This document shows positions 25,901 through 37,208 of a stretch of 64,000 bases of DNA, one piece after another (within the stretch, counting starts at the first letter, position 1; every line of letters begins with the position of its first letter). The DNA is taken from the NCBI GenBank assembly GCA_040954595.2, contig CM082598.2, positions 5,161,097 to 5,225,096 on the forward strand. The letters are read 5' to 3'. The DNA is from Balanoglossus misakiensis. Lineage: Eukaryota; Animalia; Hemichordata. Position numbers and translations under genes: made by a program. The notes below the pieces were generated by a model. That model did not search any database. It had not been told where the DNA came from and worked only from the letters and a program-made list of their open reading frames with translations.

Positions 25901-28132
25901 TATGTTGTGAATAAATTAGCAAGTAAAGGGAGTCTCTTCCTGTCCCAATGTCCAGTGTGTATTTAACAGCTCCATACCAAGCTCATTTTTTATAATACTG
26001 TCTGTAATGTCTCAAAAAGCCTTGACACCGGTGATGTATTGCTGTAAAACACTTTATTTTCGTGAGCAATTAATTTTCGCCAAATACGCAAGAGCCAAAA
26101 TAGCGTGAAAATAAAAAGTCGCGTAAATTGTTTTTGAAGATAATGATGCAGTGAATGAAATAAGAGAACGTGAAAATTAATACTCACGAAACAGTGGCCT
26201 CTCTCGATATCGCAAAAAATTTAACTCGCAAAAATAAAGTGTTTTTAACACAGTATAGGAGTCATATTTACAATATTTTTACAAAAAATGATATTGCATT
26301 CTCATACATGTTTTGTGTTGTGCTTTCAGAGGGCGACGGTCCTAAGCGACACTTGCGTTGAAGTCAGTGATTATGAGCTTCTTCAGACCGCAGCCAACCA
26401 GTACATGGAAACCGTGGCAATGCATCCAAACACGTGGGTTTACGTCACTAGATGCGAGAATGCCAACACCTCCTGCCGTGGCCTTCGAAGTAAGTGGCGA
26501 TCATTGAGAATGATTTTGCTTTCCCCTCTTAAAGGTATAGTCTGCACCTGAGGGACAGATTTTCAGTATACACCTATTGACTGGCCACAAGGGCAACAGC
26601 ATACATGTACGTCTGTAACCTGTGGGGACTGTGAATCACCCCCCTCCCCCTAAACAGACTGCTTCCCAAGGCCAAAGGCCGAGTGAAACAGTCTATTTTT
26701 GGGGGTGACTCACAGACCCAAGGGCTGAAAGACGTATGCTGTTGCCCAAAATTTCAGTCAATATGTGTTTTGTAACAAACCTCATCCGCAGCCATGCATG
26801 CATAAGAACTCACCATACACAAAGTGAGTGGGCATCATTTTATCGGAACTGATGCCCGGCGGGCAACAGCACAAAAAGAACGCTCACCACGTCACATGAC
26901 TATCATTTGACGAATGAGAGCACTCTGCGGATGACGTGTGTTACAAATAAAAATGATAAATCCCCAAACTTTCAAATCTTTGCTATATCAAAGTCTTTGG
27001 GGCGTCATTTTGAAAACAGAAGGTACCAGGGTATTCGCCACATGATCTCATTTTTGAAACAAACAAACAAACAAACATTTACATTTCCTCCGTATAGTTA
27101 ACATAATGATTGGCAGCTATTAATTTTCAAATTGTAGAAATTTTGCTCTCTCATTCAAAATTTTGCACCCCCACTTTGTATTCTCAATTTTAAGAGAGAG
27201 ATAATCTTAGTCTGTCTGGAGCAACTCTTTTAAAACAGATTTCAAAACAGATTTCGCACCTATTCTTAAAGTGGGTGTTTCGGCCGGTCGCTGTGTACTC
27301 TAGTACTCTAACGCTTTGTCTGTCATTTCCCTATCGCTATAAAGTGGGGCTGCAATTAGTAAAAAAACTTGACTTTGCAAGTGGATTTCACACCCATTCT
27401 AAAAGTGGGTGCTTCGTTCTTTCATTACGTAGTCTAGCTAGTACTCAAATCATTCATCTGTCATTTCCCAATCACTATAAAGTGGGGCTGAAACTGGTAA
27501 AGCACATTGACTTTGCACGGATATCAGCTCTCTTTCAAAAATATCAACACTCTTGAAACAAAATTCCGTGCTTCAGTCTGTCATTAAAAAGTCAAGTACT
27601 TGAACGATTATTCTGTTATTTTCCGGCATAGTCCACGTCAATAGCTGTACAATAATAGTACCATTTGAACAGCATATTTTTCGCTGTTCGGTATAAAAAA
27701 TATCATTTTCACACATTTTTCCTGTTTCCTGCTGATTCTAGACTGAGTAGACATAAGTTCGCATTGTCTGCAGGTTTTGATCAAAATTTTATAACAAAAT
27801 TTGATAAATGTTAAGTTGTGAGATAATTTTGCGATAGATGCTGAAAAGTGACTGTGGCACTGAAAGGGTTAAGCATTGGAATAGACTAATATTTGTGACA
27901 TTGAAGCTGTAAGGAGGTACTAATCTTCCTCGATCCCCCTCCCTCCCTCTTCTCTCTCCCCCTCCCTCCCCCGTTTTCTCTCTCAGGAAACAGAATACAT
28001 TCAGCATGTAAACTAAAAAAGGGCTGGGTCAAGGCTCTCGTCCGAAAAACATCACATGGAGTTCCTTATGGCGATTATAACTTTGAATGGATTGCTGTAT
28101 ACCGAGCTTGCAGCTGTGCAGTTGCCTTATAA
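17194..28132 (+). CDS. Prepro-neurotrophin-like protein 1 (NGF/BDNF family cystine knot), 245 aa, 6 exons
   Basis: Exons 17194-17263 (signal peptide MVSYCSIVCVSLLLVSGMLAVSQ), 21241-21390, 23558-23625, 24415-24558 (ends TKRS), 26330-26489, 27987-28132; total 738 nt with phases 1,1,0,0,1 consistent. Mature domain ATVLSDTCVEVSDYELLQTAANQYMETVAMHPNTWVYVTRCENANTSCRGLRRNRIHSACKLKKGWVKALVRKTSHGVPYGDYNFEWIAVYRACSCAVAL has the six NGF-type Cys and the CRG, SxC, VKAL and ACxC motifs. AATAAA at 28341. Confidence 0.88.
18329..18460 (+). repeat. 62-bp tandem repeat, about 2 units
   Basis: Units start at 18331 and 18393. Confidence 0.85.
19772..19912. repeat. (AGAT)n microsatellite
   Basis: Directly visible. 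Confidence 0.97.
21241..21390 (+). CDS. neurotrophin-like 1 exon 2 (pro-domain)
   Basis: cttttgcag| open frame NANKEGKSIWGYFAFKD...EHNHET |gtatgt. Confidence 0.78.
23558..23625 (+). CDS. neurotrophin-like 1 exon 3 (pro-domain)
   Basis: ctttcag| (G)IKPPKDGVTGYINENQESDFDE |gtacag; converts phase 1 to phase 0. Confidence 0.75.
24164..24348 (+). mobile_element. 185-bp TTAA-flanked MITE (Kolobok-type family 2)
   Basis: TTAA|AGGTGTACAGTCACC ... GGTGACCGCATACCT|TTAA. Confidence 0.8.
24415..24558 (+). CDS. neurotrophin-like 1 exon 4 (pro-domain, VIFS motif, dibasic site)
   Basis: ctacag| DYYAALQQQVGLGVIFSKTKP...FNFTKRS |gtgagt. Confidence 0.85.
24631..24817 (+). mobile_element. 185-bp MITE family 2, second copy
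   Basis: Close homologue of 24164-24348 in the same orientation. Confidence 0.8.
24899..25175 (+). repeat. 62-bp tandem repeat, about 4.5 units
   Basis: Same unit as the other copies. Confidence 0.85.
26330..26489 (+). CDS. neurotrophin-like 1 exon 5 (mature domain, Cys1-3)
   Basis: ctttcag| RATVLSDTC...VTRCENANTSCRGLR |gtaagt. Confidence 0.9.
26567..26948. mobile_element. Hairpin-ended element nested in a TTAA-family element
   Basis: About 200-bp imperfect hairpin (26570-26768) followed by a segment bounded by tgtaacaaacctcatccgcag / ctgcggatgacgtgtgttaca; that segment recurs inverted at about 50470-50640. Confidence 0.7.
27251..27520 (+). repeat. Two diverged tandem copies of an about 135-bp unit
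   Basis: atttc(g/a)cacc(t/c)attct..aagtgggtg ... tctgtcatttccc..tataaagtggggctg..ttgactttgca repeated. Confidence 0.75.
27987..28132 (+). CDS. neurotrophin-like 1 exon 6 (mature domain, Cys4-6)
   Basis: tctctcag| NRIHSACKLKKGWVKAL...WIAVYRACSCAVAL-TAA; this frame is not in the ORF track. Confidence 0.9.
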
Positions 28133-29289
28133 ATGATTCCCAACTTCAGGAATCTCTGATGTCATATTTTATATCTGATTTCAACGGTATAATATTCATG
28201 ATCTCTTCAGGCAATGAACAGGAGATCACGTTCGAAAATTCCGTAGTAAAAACTATATTATTCTATATTTTGTCGCATTCTAGCATGAAGTCGAATTTTT
28301 AAAACCCGTTTGGAAATACCTCCACGATCTAGATAGATACAATAAAATTTGATATAATTGTAAAAAAGGTCTGTCATGAAAACATCAACATTGGAATGTG
28401 TTAAGTGATTTTCAATTTCTTATCCACCTGTTCAACTTATAACTTACACAGACACTTACTCATTGGCAAACTAGTTCATGCAACCCAATGTCAAAGTTGG
28501 AGTTTTAGATCACTTCTATTTTTAGCACTACCCTGATGAATTTCTGGACCTCAAAAACCGTATGTGACTTTACTACAGCTTATTGTTTAATAAACCTTCT
28601 CTATGAAGCGACCATAGGTGCCTCTTATTACCTGTCCTACATTAGTGGCAAACAGCCAAGAATTTCGCATAAATCATTGTGTATGCTGCTGAAATACCCC
28701 GCCTTCTTATCTGGAAACATATCAATTGTGATGGCAATGTCATTAATGGTAAAAGTGTGCAAAGATTCGTGGCGAGTATACACCAACCGAAATTTCATAA
28801 TTTAGGAACCATTTCTTTCCAGAATGACCCCCCCCCCCCCTGCAAGAATCAAGTGTGCACACGAACGCATACGACTGATAGCACTACATATTTTTTTAAT
28901 CAGTGTAGACACTAATCTCAAATACTACTTGAGACCCCGCCAAACAAGAGAGACGGCCAAGTTAGTTCACTAACGTTATCTGACATAAATTGCCTCTTAT
29001 AGCTAATACAGCAATAAGCTAGATGATCGTACCACACACGTCTACCATGGACAGCAAGCCAACTCAAGGCCACTTTATAACAGTCGCCTTATCTTCATGG
29101 CCGTTTACCATGCTTAAAGCCCCAGTAGTTGTCACTTTTAGCCTATATTAATCGATAAAATACCTAAATCCTCTCCTGATTCTTAGACGTGTACAACAGA
29201 CGACATCATTTTGATTTTGTGGAGATTCTAATACTATTGTGTACATACCATGATAATGGATGATAAACGGGCGTGACACCCTGTTATTT

Positions 29290-29940
29290 ACCCTGCACAG
29301 TTTTGTTTAACTGTATACCACATCACTGATAGTATGTGTGTGTATACACCTGAGCATATTAAATGGACAATTCTAAGTTTCAGAGTAAAATCATGAAAAT
29401 CGTGCAGAAACTGGCAGATATCGGCGGGTAAATTGTTATTCTGGATGTATTGGAGACTATTATTTTTTAGCTCTCTCTTGTATGGTTGTGGTGGTTTAGT
29501 TTTCAGAAAGCAGGCTGTTCCATTTAAGAGCATTAGGGAGGCTGTAAGATTATGTGTGTAGGGGGCTAAATGCATCCATGCCTGAGTTCGCGCTTCTTGG
29601 CAGCAATCATCTGCACTGACAGCAGATACAGCTAAATTGTCAAGGAAGAAACCCTTTGGCTCTGAGACACACTTGGTATTGTCATTCAGTGATGATCATC
29701 AACGGCATACAGCTTGCTTATCCTGTTCGCCATTCAGAAAGTTGTCCCCCCAGGTGGTGTCACTGGGCAATTAGAGCAATTGTGTTGGAGGGGGGGGGGG
29801 GGCAATGGATTTTGCATTGTTTTCTGTGACATATATTCTACACAAAATATCACTGGTCATTACATGGATGTGCCAATTTGCTCTACATTGTTGGACGGCG
29901 AGAAGCCAGATTCAACAGTATGGCTGGGGGCAGCTTTATA
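29290..29940 (-). mobile_element. Decayed hAT-like transposase fragment
   Basis: Minus-strand pieces PAILLNLA (CxxHxLNL-like), LPSDTTWGTTF*MANR (TRWxS..M..R-like) and DICQFLHDFHDFTLKL..SGVY in collinear order, with stops and frameshifts. Confidence 0.4.
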
Positions 29941-30638
29941 TTTTCAAAAGGAACATAAAGTGTACTCTATCAGCTTCCTTATATGGAATATGTTTAATTT
30001 ATGCAGACCAATCAGAAATGTGTTAACAGCAGTCGTGTTAACCATGAAAGACATTGTAGGCTAAGGCTTGAAGAACATTTTGGGAATAGATTTTTTCTGT
30101 TCAAAGGATATTCACCCTTTTGTATACAATGTATGTAAGAGACACATTTCATTTTTGTTCTAGGATGAGTTAGAGTGCACAAATTCAAAAGTATGTTGAC
30201 TGTTCCTCATATTCAAAGTGATAAAATCATACCAGCAAAATACCAGGATGTAAAGGTCATGTAGAGGTCATGAAAGTGGCCTATTGACATTGTCTGTTGG
30301 GACTTATAGCAGCCAGGGTTCCTGACTGACTGACGCTAAGCCATGAAAAATTCACGAGACTCTAAAATTTATATATATATATATTATTATTAAAATTAAT
30401 TCAGTTTACGATAGTTGAGTTGCCATATCCATGACGTGTGCTGTTTCATCGTGACCAAGTGCTTATGAATTACGCGAATAACGACATGATTGCCAACAGC
30501 TTCCGTCTTCGGGAAATCATGTTTGGATTATTAGGCGGCGATGGCTTGCCACATTTGCGCATTGTATTTCCCGATCCAAATAGATGAAAATGTTGCATGT
30601 GGTAGCATTAAAGAGTGACAGTGCTTAAAGTATGATTA

Positions 30639-31043
30639 GGCCAGGAAGAAAAAAATGACTTGTTCATCGGAATCGCCGCTTCTACTTTGGCTGATTTGGA
30701 ATTTTTTTTTTTTGATCTCGGCAAATATTCTACTTCCGCGTTACAAAATTCTTAGTACTGGCGCTGGTGGCCAGAATATGTTGTGCAAACACCAACTGTA
30801 AATGTAATGGCCTATGTTATTGTTGGGAAATATAGTGTTGAATTCAGTTACAAGTACATGTATCAGTGTTTTTGTCTGAGATATTTCTGGTAAAAAGGGA
30901 AACAATTATCTCGCCTTGTCTGCATCTGTGCATTAATATGCCAGAGAACCGCATTTACCTTAAGCCAAAAATTTTTTTTTCGCTCGCCGCTCCTGGAACT
31001 AGGTCCAAAAATCCGATGAACAAGATTTTTTCTCTCTCTGGCC
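30639..31043. mobile_element. Harbinger/Tourist-like MITE
   Basis: TTA|GGCCAG...cttgttcatcgg ... ccgatgaacaag...CTGGCC|TTA. Confidence 0.65.
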
Positions 31044-32088
31044 TTAGTGTTTTAATCGTGTTTTCTGCAGACATCAGAGGTCGCAATGAACAAGGACGAA
31101 CGACTCAAAGGAATCGCATCGTGTGGTAAACTATAATCATAAGAACACTTGGTGTGTTAAATGTATCACAAGGACATGGGACACATCATATAGTCACGGG
31201 AATCGCCAGCTTGAAGTAGTTTGTTGACAGCACTCGTGTAACGGTTATGACAAGAGTGCTGGGTCGATCCACATGGGACCTGTTGTAGCTCCTGGCTCAG
31301 AACCCTGGATATAAGTGTGCAGGATAATCTGTAGACTGAAAGATTCAGTCGTGTAGGGGCGCTGTGGCCTGCCTATACAACCCTTTATACGGGTAATAGG
31401 TATGTAAGAGCGCCCGCACACGACTGAATTATTCCAGTCTCGAAAATCTGCTGTGAAATTTAACCCCGCCCCCAAGCACAAATTTGAATATTCTTTCGTT
31501 TAGAAGATTGCCATGAGAACGTAGTGGGAAGACCGGCGCAAAATACTTGCACGAACAATGAAGACCCATCCAATCTCATAACCAGCGATACCCCCCCCCC
31601 CCCCGTAATTTCTGCTCAGTCCCCACATAGAGGAAAGACTGAACACAAGAAAGCAACAATGGCAGCAACAAGTCACAGCATCGACGTTTATACATACAAT
31701 GCATCTCATTCCCACGTTGGGGTACCCCAATTTGATATTGAGGGGAAATGGAGAAATTGACAAATTTTTCGACCATCACAACTTTTTCCAAACGATACCT
31801 AAAGGCAATTTCTGCTACAATCATTGAGAGGGGGGGGGGGGGTGAAAGACTCCTCAAAATGGATTTAATTTTTTTTAATAAATACAAGCTCAACAGTGTC
31901 TTTACATACACTTACATGAAATAAATCAACATAAAATAAATGTTTAATGCAGAAATTCAAACACACACATCTCGATCTGTGGCAGTTTGAAAAAACACTG
32001 AATCCAACATGTCCCAGACAAAATTGGCCGCATACATTCACGACTTTCCCTGTTGCACTGTAAAGGCAAGTCGGAATTCAGTGCAAGG

Positions 32089-32103
32089 GCGCCCCCTGGT
32101 GGC
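32089..32103 (-). promoter_or_regulatory. Candidate CTCF site
   Basis: GCGCCCCCTGGTGGC, the reverse complement of the consensus core GCCACCAGGGGGCGC; lies between the two neurotrophin-like genes. Confidence 0.45.
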
Positions 32104-32244
32104 AGTTTCTTTGAGTGCAACACTACCACGTTATTACATGGTGCATGTATCAAAAAATTGTATCTCCAGCAATTTTGTTGATGGTAGTCTCTGTGTTATG
32201 CTTACTATAAATTTGCATGTTACTGGAGGAACAGAAATCATTAG

Positions 32245-32469
32245 TTTGTAGGATATGAGAGTAAAAACCCACCAAAATGAATAAATAGTAAACAGATTAT
32301 TCACTGTGGCGGGTTTTTCACTCTCGTGTCTATAAGTGAGATGGAAGTTATGTGTGGTCGAACGTTGATTCACTATATATCCACATGTAGAATAATATAA
32401 ACGGTGTCTTGTATCAAACATAATTAATTGAAAAGAGGGCAGCGAGAGAGAGAGACTTTGTCCCTTTAA
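32245..32469. mobile_element. Kolobok-type palindromic MITE, right part
   Basis: Ends gagagagactttgtccct|ttaa. Confidence 0.75.
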
Positions 32470-33838
32470 CTGTTTCTGAGCAGGGGAGGACCACAGATGT
32501 ATTTTATTTCTTAAAATGATTCAGAAGCCATTTCATGTGTGGAAAGAGAATGGATTGTAATCTCATACAATCGGTATACTGGTATCAGATAGATTATCTG
32601 TATTGTCAAAATACAAACATTAGCTTTTGTTCTGGAAATCGAAGCATATTCTATTTTATAAGTTTGTGTATTCCATCTATGATGTCGATTTGCCATTGAT
32701 CTTGCTAACACATATAAATTGATAAGTTTGAATCCACAATTTCTCGCACCAGTTTAGAGGGGAAGTTGACTTCACAGGAAAAAATAGCCAATAGGCACAC
32801 TGATATTCTAAAAGAAAATTTCGGCTGCCGGAAATCCCGCTGCAATGAAAGCATTGCTTGCCACGGTCAAATACATTATACAACCCACCGCAAATTTCTG
32901 CCAGCGACCCTCAATTGTCATCATGTTAACGCTAACAGTTATTGGATTTCTGTTTGTTTGTCTAAAGGTATGTCAAAAGGTGTTTGTTGTTTGTGGACGT
33001 CATTGTTATGTTTGCAGCGAGCCAAACTTTAAAATCGTGTCATTTTTTCTCTGCCTGCCCCCGTCAATTCAACCTGATTACACTTTCATCTTGTTACCCG
33101 GGGATACTCATTAAATATGCCGTTTGATTTCAAATAATGGCAATGCATGAACCTATTCGCTCAGTAAAAGCCTTGTAATTGGTTATACGATATATTCAAT
33201 AGCGCACGCGTCCTTGGTGTCCAGCTGTTAATAGTTCCTCACGTTGAAATAAAAAAAAAACATGATTTGTGACCTTTTCGGATATAGTTTATACACACCT
33301 ACTCCTGGCGACATTTCGCCATGTGACAGCGAACACGATTGAATTGCCATTGAACATGGGTTTTTTGTTTCGAAAGTATGGCCGACATTTTTTTTGGCGG
33401 GAACTCTCTTTGTCTGGCGCATTTGCAACAATTTCCTCCGCTTCCCCAGACGAAGCGAAAGACGTCAGCGCCTCCCTGCTAAACAGTCCTCGGAGGATAT
33501 TCAGTGACGTCGTCGATGACGTGGGTTCGCGGGGCATTAACCGGTGTCTACGTCATCCGGAGCATGTTCACGGGAGAGCATTCCTCCAAGCGTGACATGA
33601 GGAGTTGTCGAGTGCCGGACGAGGATACCGACGTCCCTTTTTTGCGCCATTCAGAGCGGACAGAACATGCACACACAACGCACGCACCCGAGAGCATTAC
33701 GTCACAGCCGTGATACTGCCACGCTCCCCCCTGCCATCCAAGCGAAGATCATCATATATACATTATTTGCTCAGACATAAATACTTTGTCTCTTGGTTTC
33801 ATGTATTTATGGCCAACTACCATCATCTATAAAGCGCG

Positions 33839-34370
33839 AGTGTCGTCTCAACTGCACATGTGCAACTTTTCTGTTTATAAACACAGCAGTTGCCACTGTT
33901 CAGGCAGACCCACCAACTAATACATGTTATATCACTGTAACTTGGGAATGTGATAAAAAGTAATGACACATTGTTTGTCATGATTTACATTGTAGCAGTT
34001 ACACTACAGTGTAATACAAAGTAACAACCACATTGTTTGCAATGATGTACATTGTAGCAGTTACGCTACAATGTAATACAAAGTAACAATCACATTGTTT
34101 GCAATGATGTACATTGTAGCAGTTACACTATAGTGTAATACAAAGTACATGTAACAACCACATCGTTTGCAATGATGTACATTGTAGCAGTTACACTACA
34201 GTGTACAAAGTAACAACCACATTGTTTGCAATTATACATTGTAGCAGTTACACTACAGTGTAATACAAAGTAACAACCACATTGTTTGCAATGATGTACA
34301 TTGTAGCAATTACAGTTTGTACCTACTTTGACTTGTTACTAAAGCAACAGTCACGGATGGGATGACACCC
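33839..34370 (+). mobile_element. 62-bp-array element (near full-length, about 6 units)
   Basis: 5' module gtgtcgtctcaactgcacatgtgc..., array at about 33956-34315, 3' module ...cctactttgactt...gatgacaccc. Confidence 0.8.
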
Positions 34371-36860
34371 ATATTTTAAGGCTTTTAACTTTGACTTTTT
34401 GTTAATACATTGAAAGAAATAAGTTCAAGATAATAATCCCGTATTTGCATTCCTAGCTTAGTATGAATAGAAATACATGAACTGGTTGTATTGCTGAGCA
34501 CTTGAACTTTCAGCTAAAGTTCAAGTGAGCTTGTCAACATTAGACCACTCTGACAGCTTTGTGCTTTGTCAGATGCTCTCTTTTCTGATGACATTTCATC
34601 ACATCGCATGAGCGTGCACATATAGTACACAGTACAAAATGTAGAGTAAAAGGGCTATTTCAGTCAACTGTTATAAACAGGTACTATAGTAACTGAACAA
34701 GTTAAATATTCCATGCAGGCTGATTTTCAAGTCGCGTGCTACCTTTAATCGCCAGTGCATGGTATTCTCAGAGAGCTTTATGTTGCAGTGAATATACGCA
34801 AAATAATTGCGAGCCTGCCAATCCATTTCCATAATAATCCCCGGTCAACTGTATTTAAATGGCTAGTTGTAAAGAAATACTGTACAGCACAATACAGACA
34901 ATTTATACAGTACATAGACGAAAGTTGTATCCTTTTACATAGACCAAAGTTCATGAAAGAAAGATATCTAATCTCAATTTTCCTTTTTCACATTATTAAT
35001 ACTGTATCTGAAACTTTCGAATATAACCAGGTGTCACCAAGTGCCTTTGTCAGCATTTGACAACGTATCTGCAATTATCTTCTTGTACTGTGCTTACTTT
35101 AGATCTAACATGATCATGAGTTAGGTGTGTAAATATACTCATCCTCCCCACCCACAGTGCCTGTCAGACAGGATTAAGCAAATGCAAATCAAGTATGTTG
35201 AGTGACTTTGTCACAAACTTGGCGAACACTGTAGCAATATCTAAGCAGATCTTGTAGTTACTCTGTTTAGTACAGATTGACACGTGCTTTTTGATACAAA
35301 ATAATCCACTCGCATTAGATTCGCCCACTCTCCTAGATCAAGTGTGTGTCTTAGACCCTAGCGGAAATCTATCCGAGAACCAACGTTTGCGTTCATTAAA
35401 CTGCACCGAGGTGTCAACAATGGTCATATGAATGTCATGCAGCTTTCTATGAAATTCCCCATAAATGTAACAATGATGTTTTCCTACACTTCACTGTTTT
35501 AAATCTATTTTGTCCAGGTACTGTAGTGGCAGCCTTGTTTGATATGTATTTTTACTATGCTTGTCTTGTATACGGATTGTGTTGTTAATGTCTATTTTCA
35601 TTGTATTGTTTCCAAGATCTGTTAGTGGGTTTTCCTGTTAATCTGTGTAAGAACTAAAACGTAAAGAATATACTAAACACCCTCACCTGTAAAAAAGGGT
35701 CAAATTAGCTTGTAACTAGATTACATCGCCCAACGTGTTAACACACACGTTACAATCTTTGTTAAACGCTCAGGACCTATTCTAGTTTTATACAGAGTTT
35801 GACTTGTATTACTTAATTGGCTAGCAACCCGTTGCTAGGGTGATTAAGTCTCGCGAGATCTCGCAATGAGCGGAAATCATCGATTCCATCAACCTCGACC
35901 CCAATTTGTAATTAATTGTATGCTGGCAGCTACCAGAAACGACACATTCCTCATTTTCACCGATAAGAAAGTCTTAGTAAACCATGCAAACACCACTCAG
36001 TAAGCTTTGAATTTACTGCAGTGACAGAATGTAGCAAGCCCAGTAAATGTATCCTCAAGGAGCAGGTATTTAATTAAAGCGCTATAAGCATATGTAGGTA
36101 GTCGATATGAATGCGTTAATATCGTCTGATTAATCTGCGAGCCACCTATTGAGCACTCACATTCAAGAAAACCCTTAAGATGCAATTTCATCATTACTTC
36201 AGCTAACATCAATTGCATTTACGCACACATATATACTGACAAAAGTCTAACACACCCACCTAGATCATCAATGAAAAAGGGTAAAATTATAACTAATAAT
36301 TTTCTAATCATACTACACCAGCAACCTGTGGCAACTAACCCACCAAGGCAGCAACATACACTTTCGAATATTACTATGGATTGTCATCCTGTTCATAAAG
36401 TCTATATTTTTTAAAATACTGACATCAATAAGTATAACCTTAACTTGAAGGCATTTCCTCTCACTTCAAATTTATTTTGGGGGGTTACTGGATAATGTAC
36501 ACTTTTGAAATTGAGATCCCAGCTAAAATTAAATGAAGCACAGTAGGTTACGATCCAAGGAGAGCTTCAGATCTTGTTAAAAAGCAATTTTATCAGAATG
36601 CTTACTGTCAGGTGTTTTATAGGTTAAAGGTGGATGCTCTCATTTTCGGTTACTAAAGAAAAAAATTATGCACATCAAATTTGTGTCATTTTGTTAACCA
36701 GAGGGGCTAATATTTGTTAGTTATTGAACTGGGCCGACACTTCAAGGAACTGCTGAGGTCATCATTTCGGTACGATTCTGGTGGCTAGACACAGAACCTA
36801 CCATCCTCTACCGGGTACATACAGTTGTCTGCGATACCCTGCATAGCAAGCAATTGTTAA

Positions 36861-37208
36861 AGGGACAAAGTCTCTCTCTCGCTGCCCTTTTTCCACTAAT
36901 TATGTTTGATACTAGACACCGTTTATGTTAATGTACATGTGTACATGGAGTGCATGAATGTTCAATCACACATGACTTCCATCCCGCTTGTAGGATATGA
37001 GAGTAAAAACTCGCCTAAATTGAATAAATGGTAGAGACTGATTATTCATTTTGGCGAGTATTTTCACTCTTGTGTGTACAAGTTGGAGGGAATTTGTGTG
37101 TGGTTGAACGATGATTCACTATATATCCACATGTACATTAACATAAACGGTGTCTTGTATCAAACATTTTTAATTTAACATCGGTAAGACGAGAGAGACT
37201 TTGTCCCT
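36861..37208. mobile_element. Kolobok-type palindromic MITE, full copy
   Basis: TTAA|AGGGACAAAGTCTCTCTC ... GAGAGAGACTTTGTCCCT|TTAA; the interior is almost entirely self-complementary. A TTAA TSD with purine termini is typical of Kolobok. Confidence 0.8.

Noticed and set aside
31071-31129. Alternative last exon for neurotrophin-like 1 (ctgcag|ACATCAGAGG...)
   Set aside because: Encodes no cystine-knot residues; 27987-28132 completes the knot with a stop and a poly(A) signal.
33269-33832. Overlapping short ORFs in the GC-rich patch
   Set aside because: No recognisable domain or consistent splice chain; better explained as non-coding or regulatory.
33956-34315. 62-bp arrays or the 16523-16920 array as CRISPR
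   Set aside because: Units are contiguous or separated only by (CAT)n; no unique spacers, no cas genes, and a eukaryotic context.
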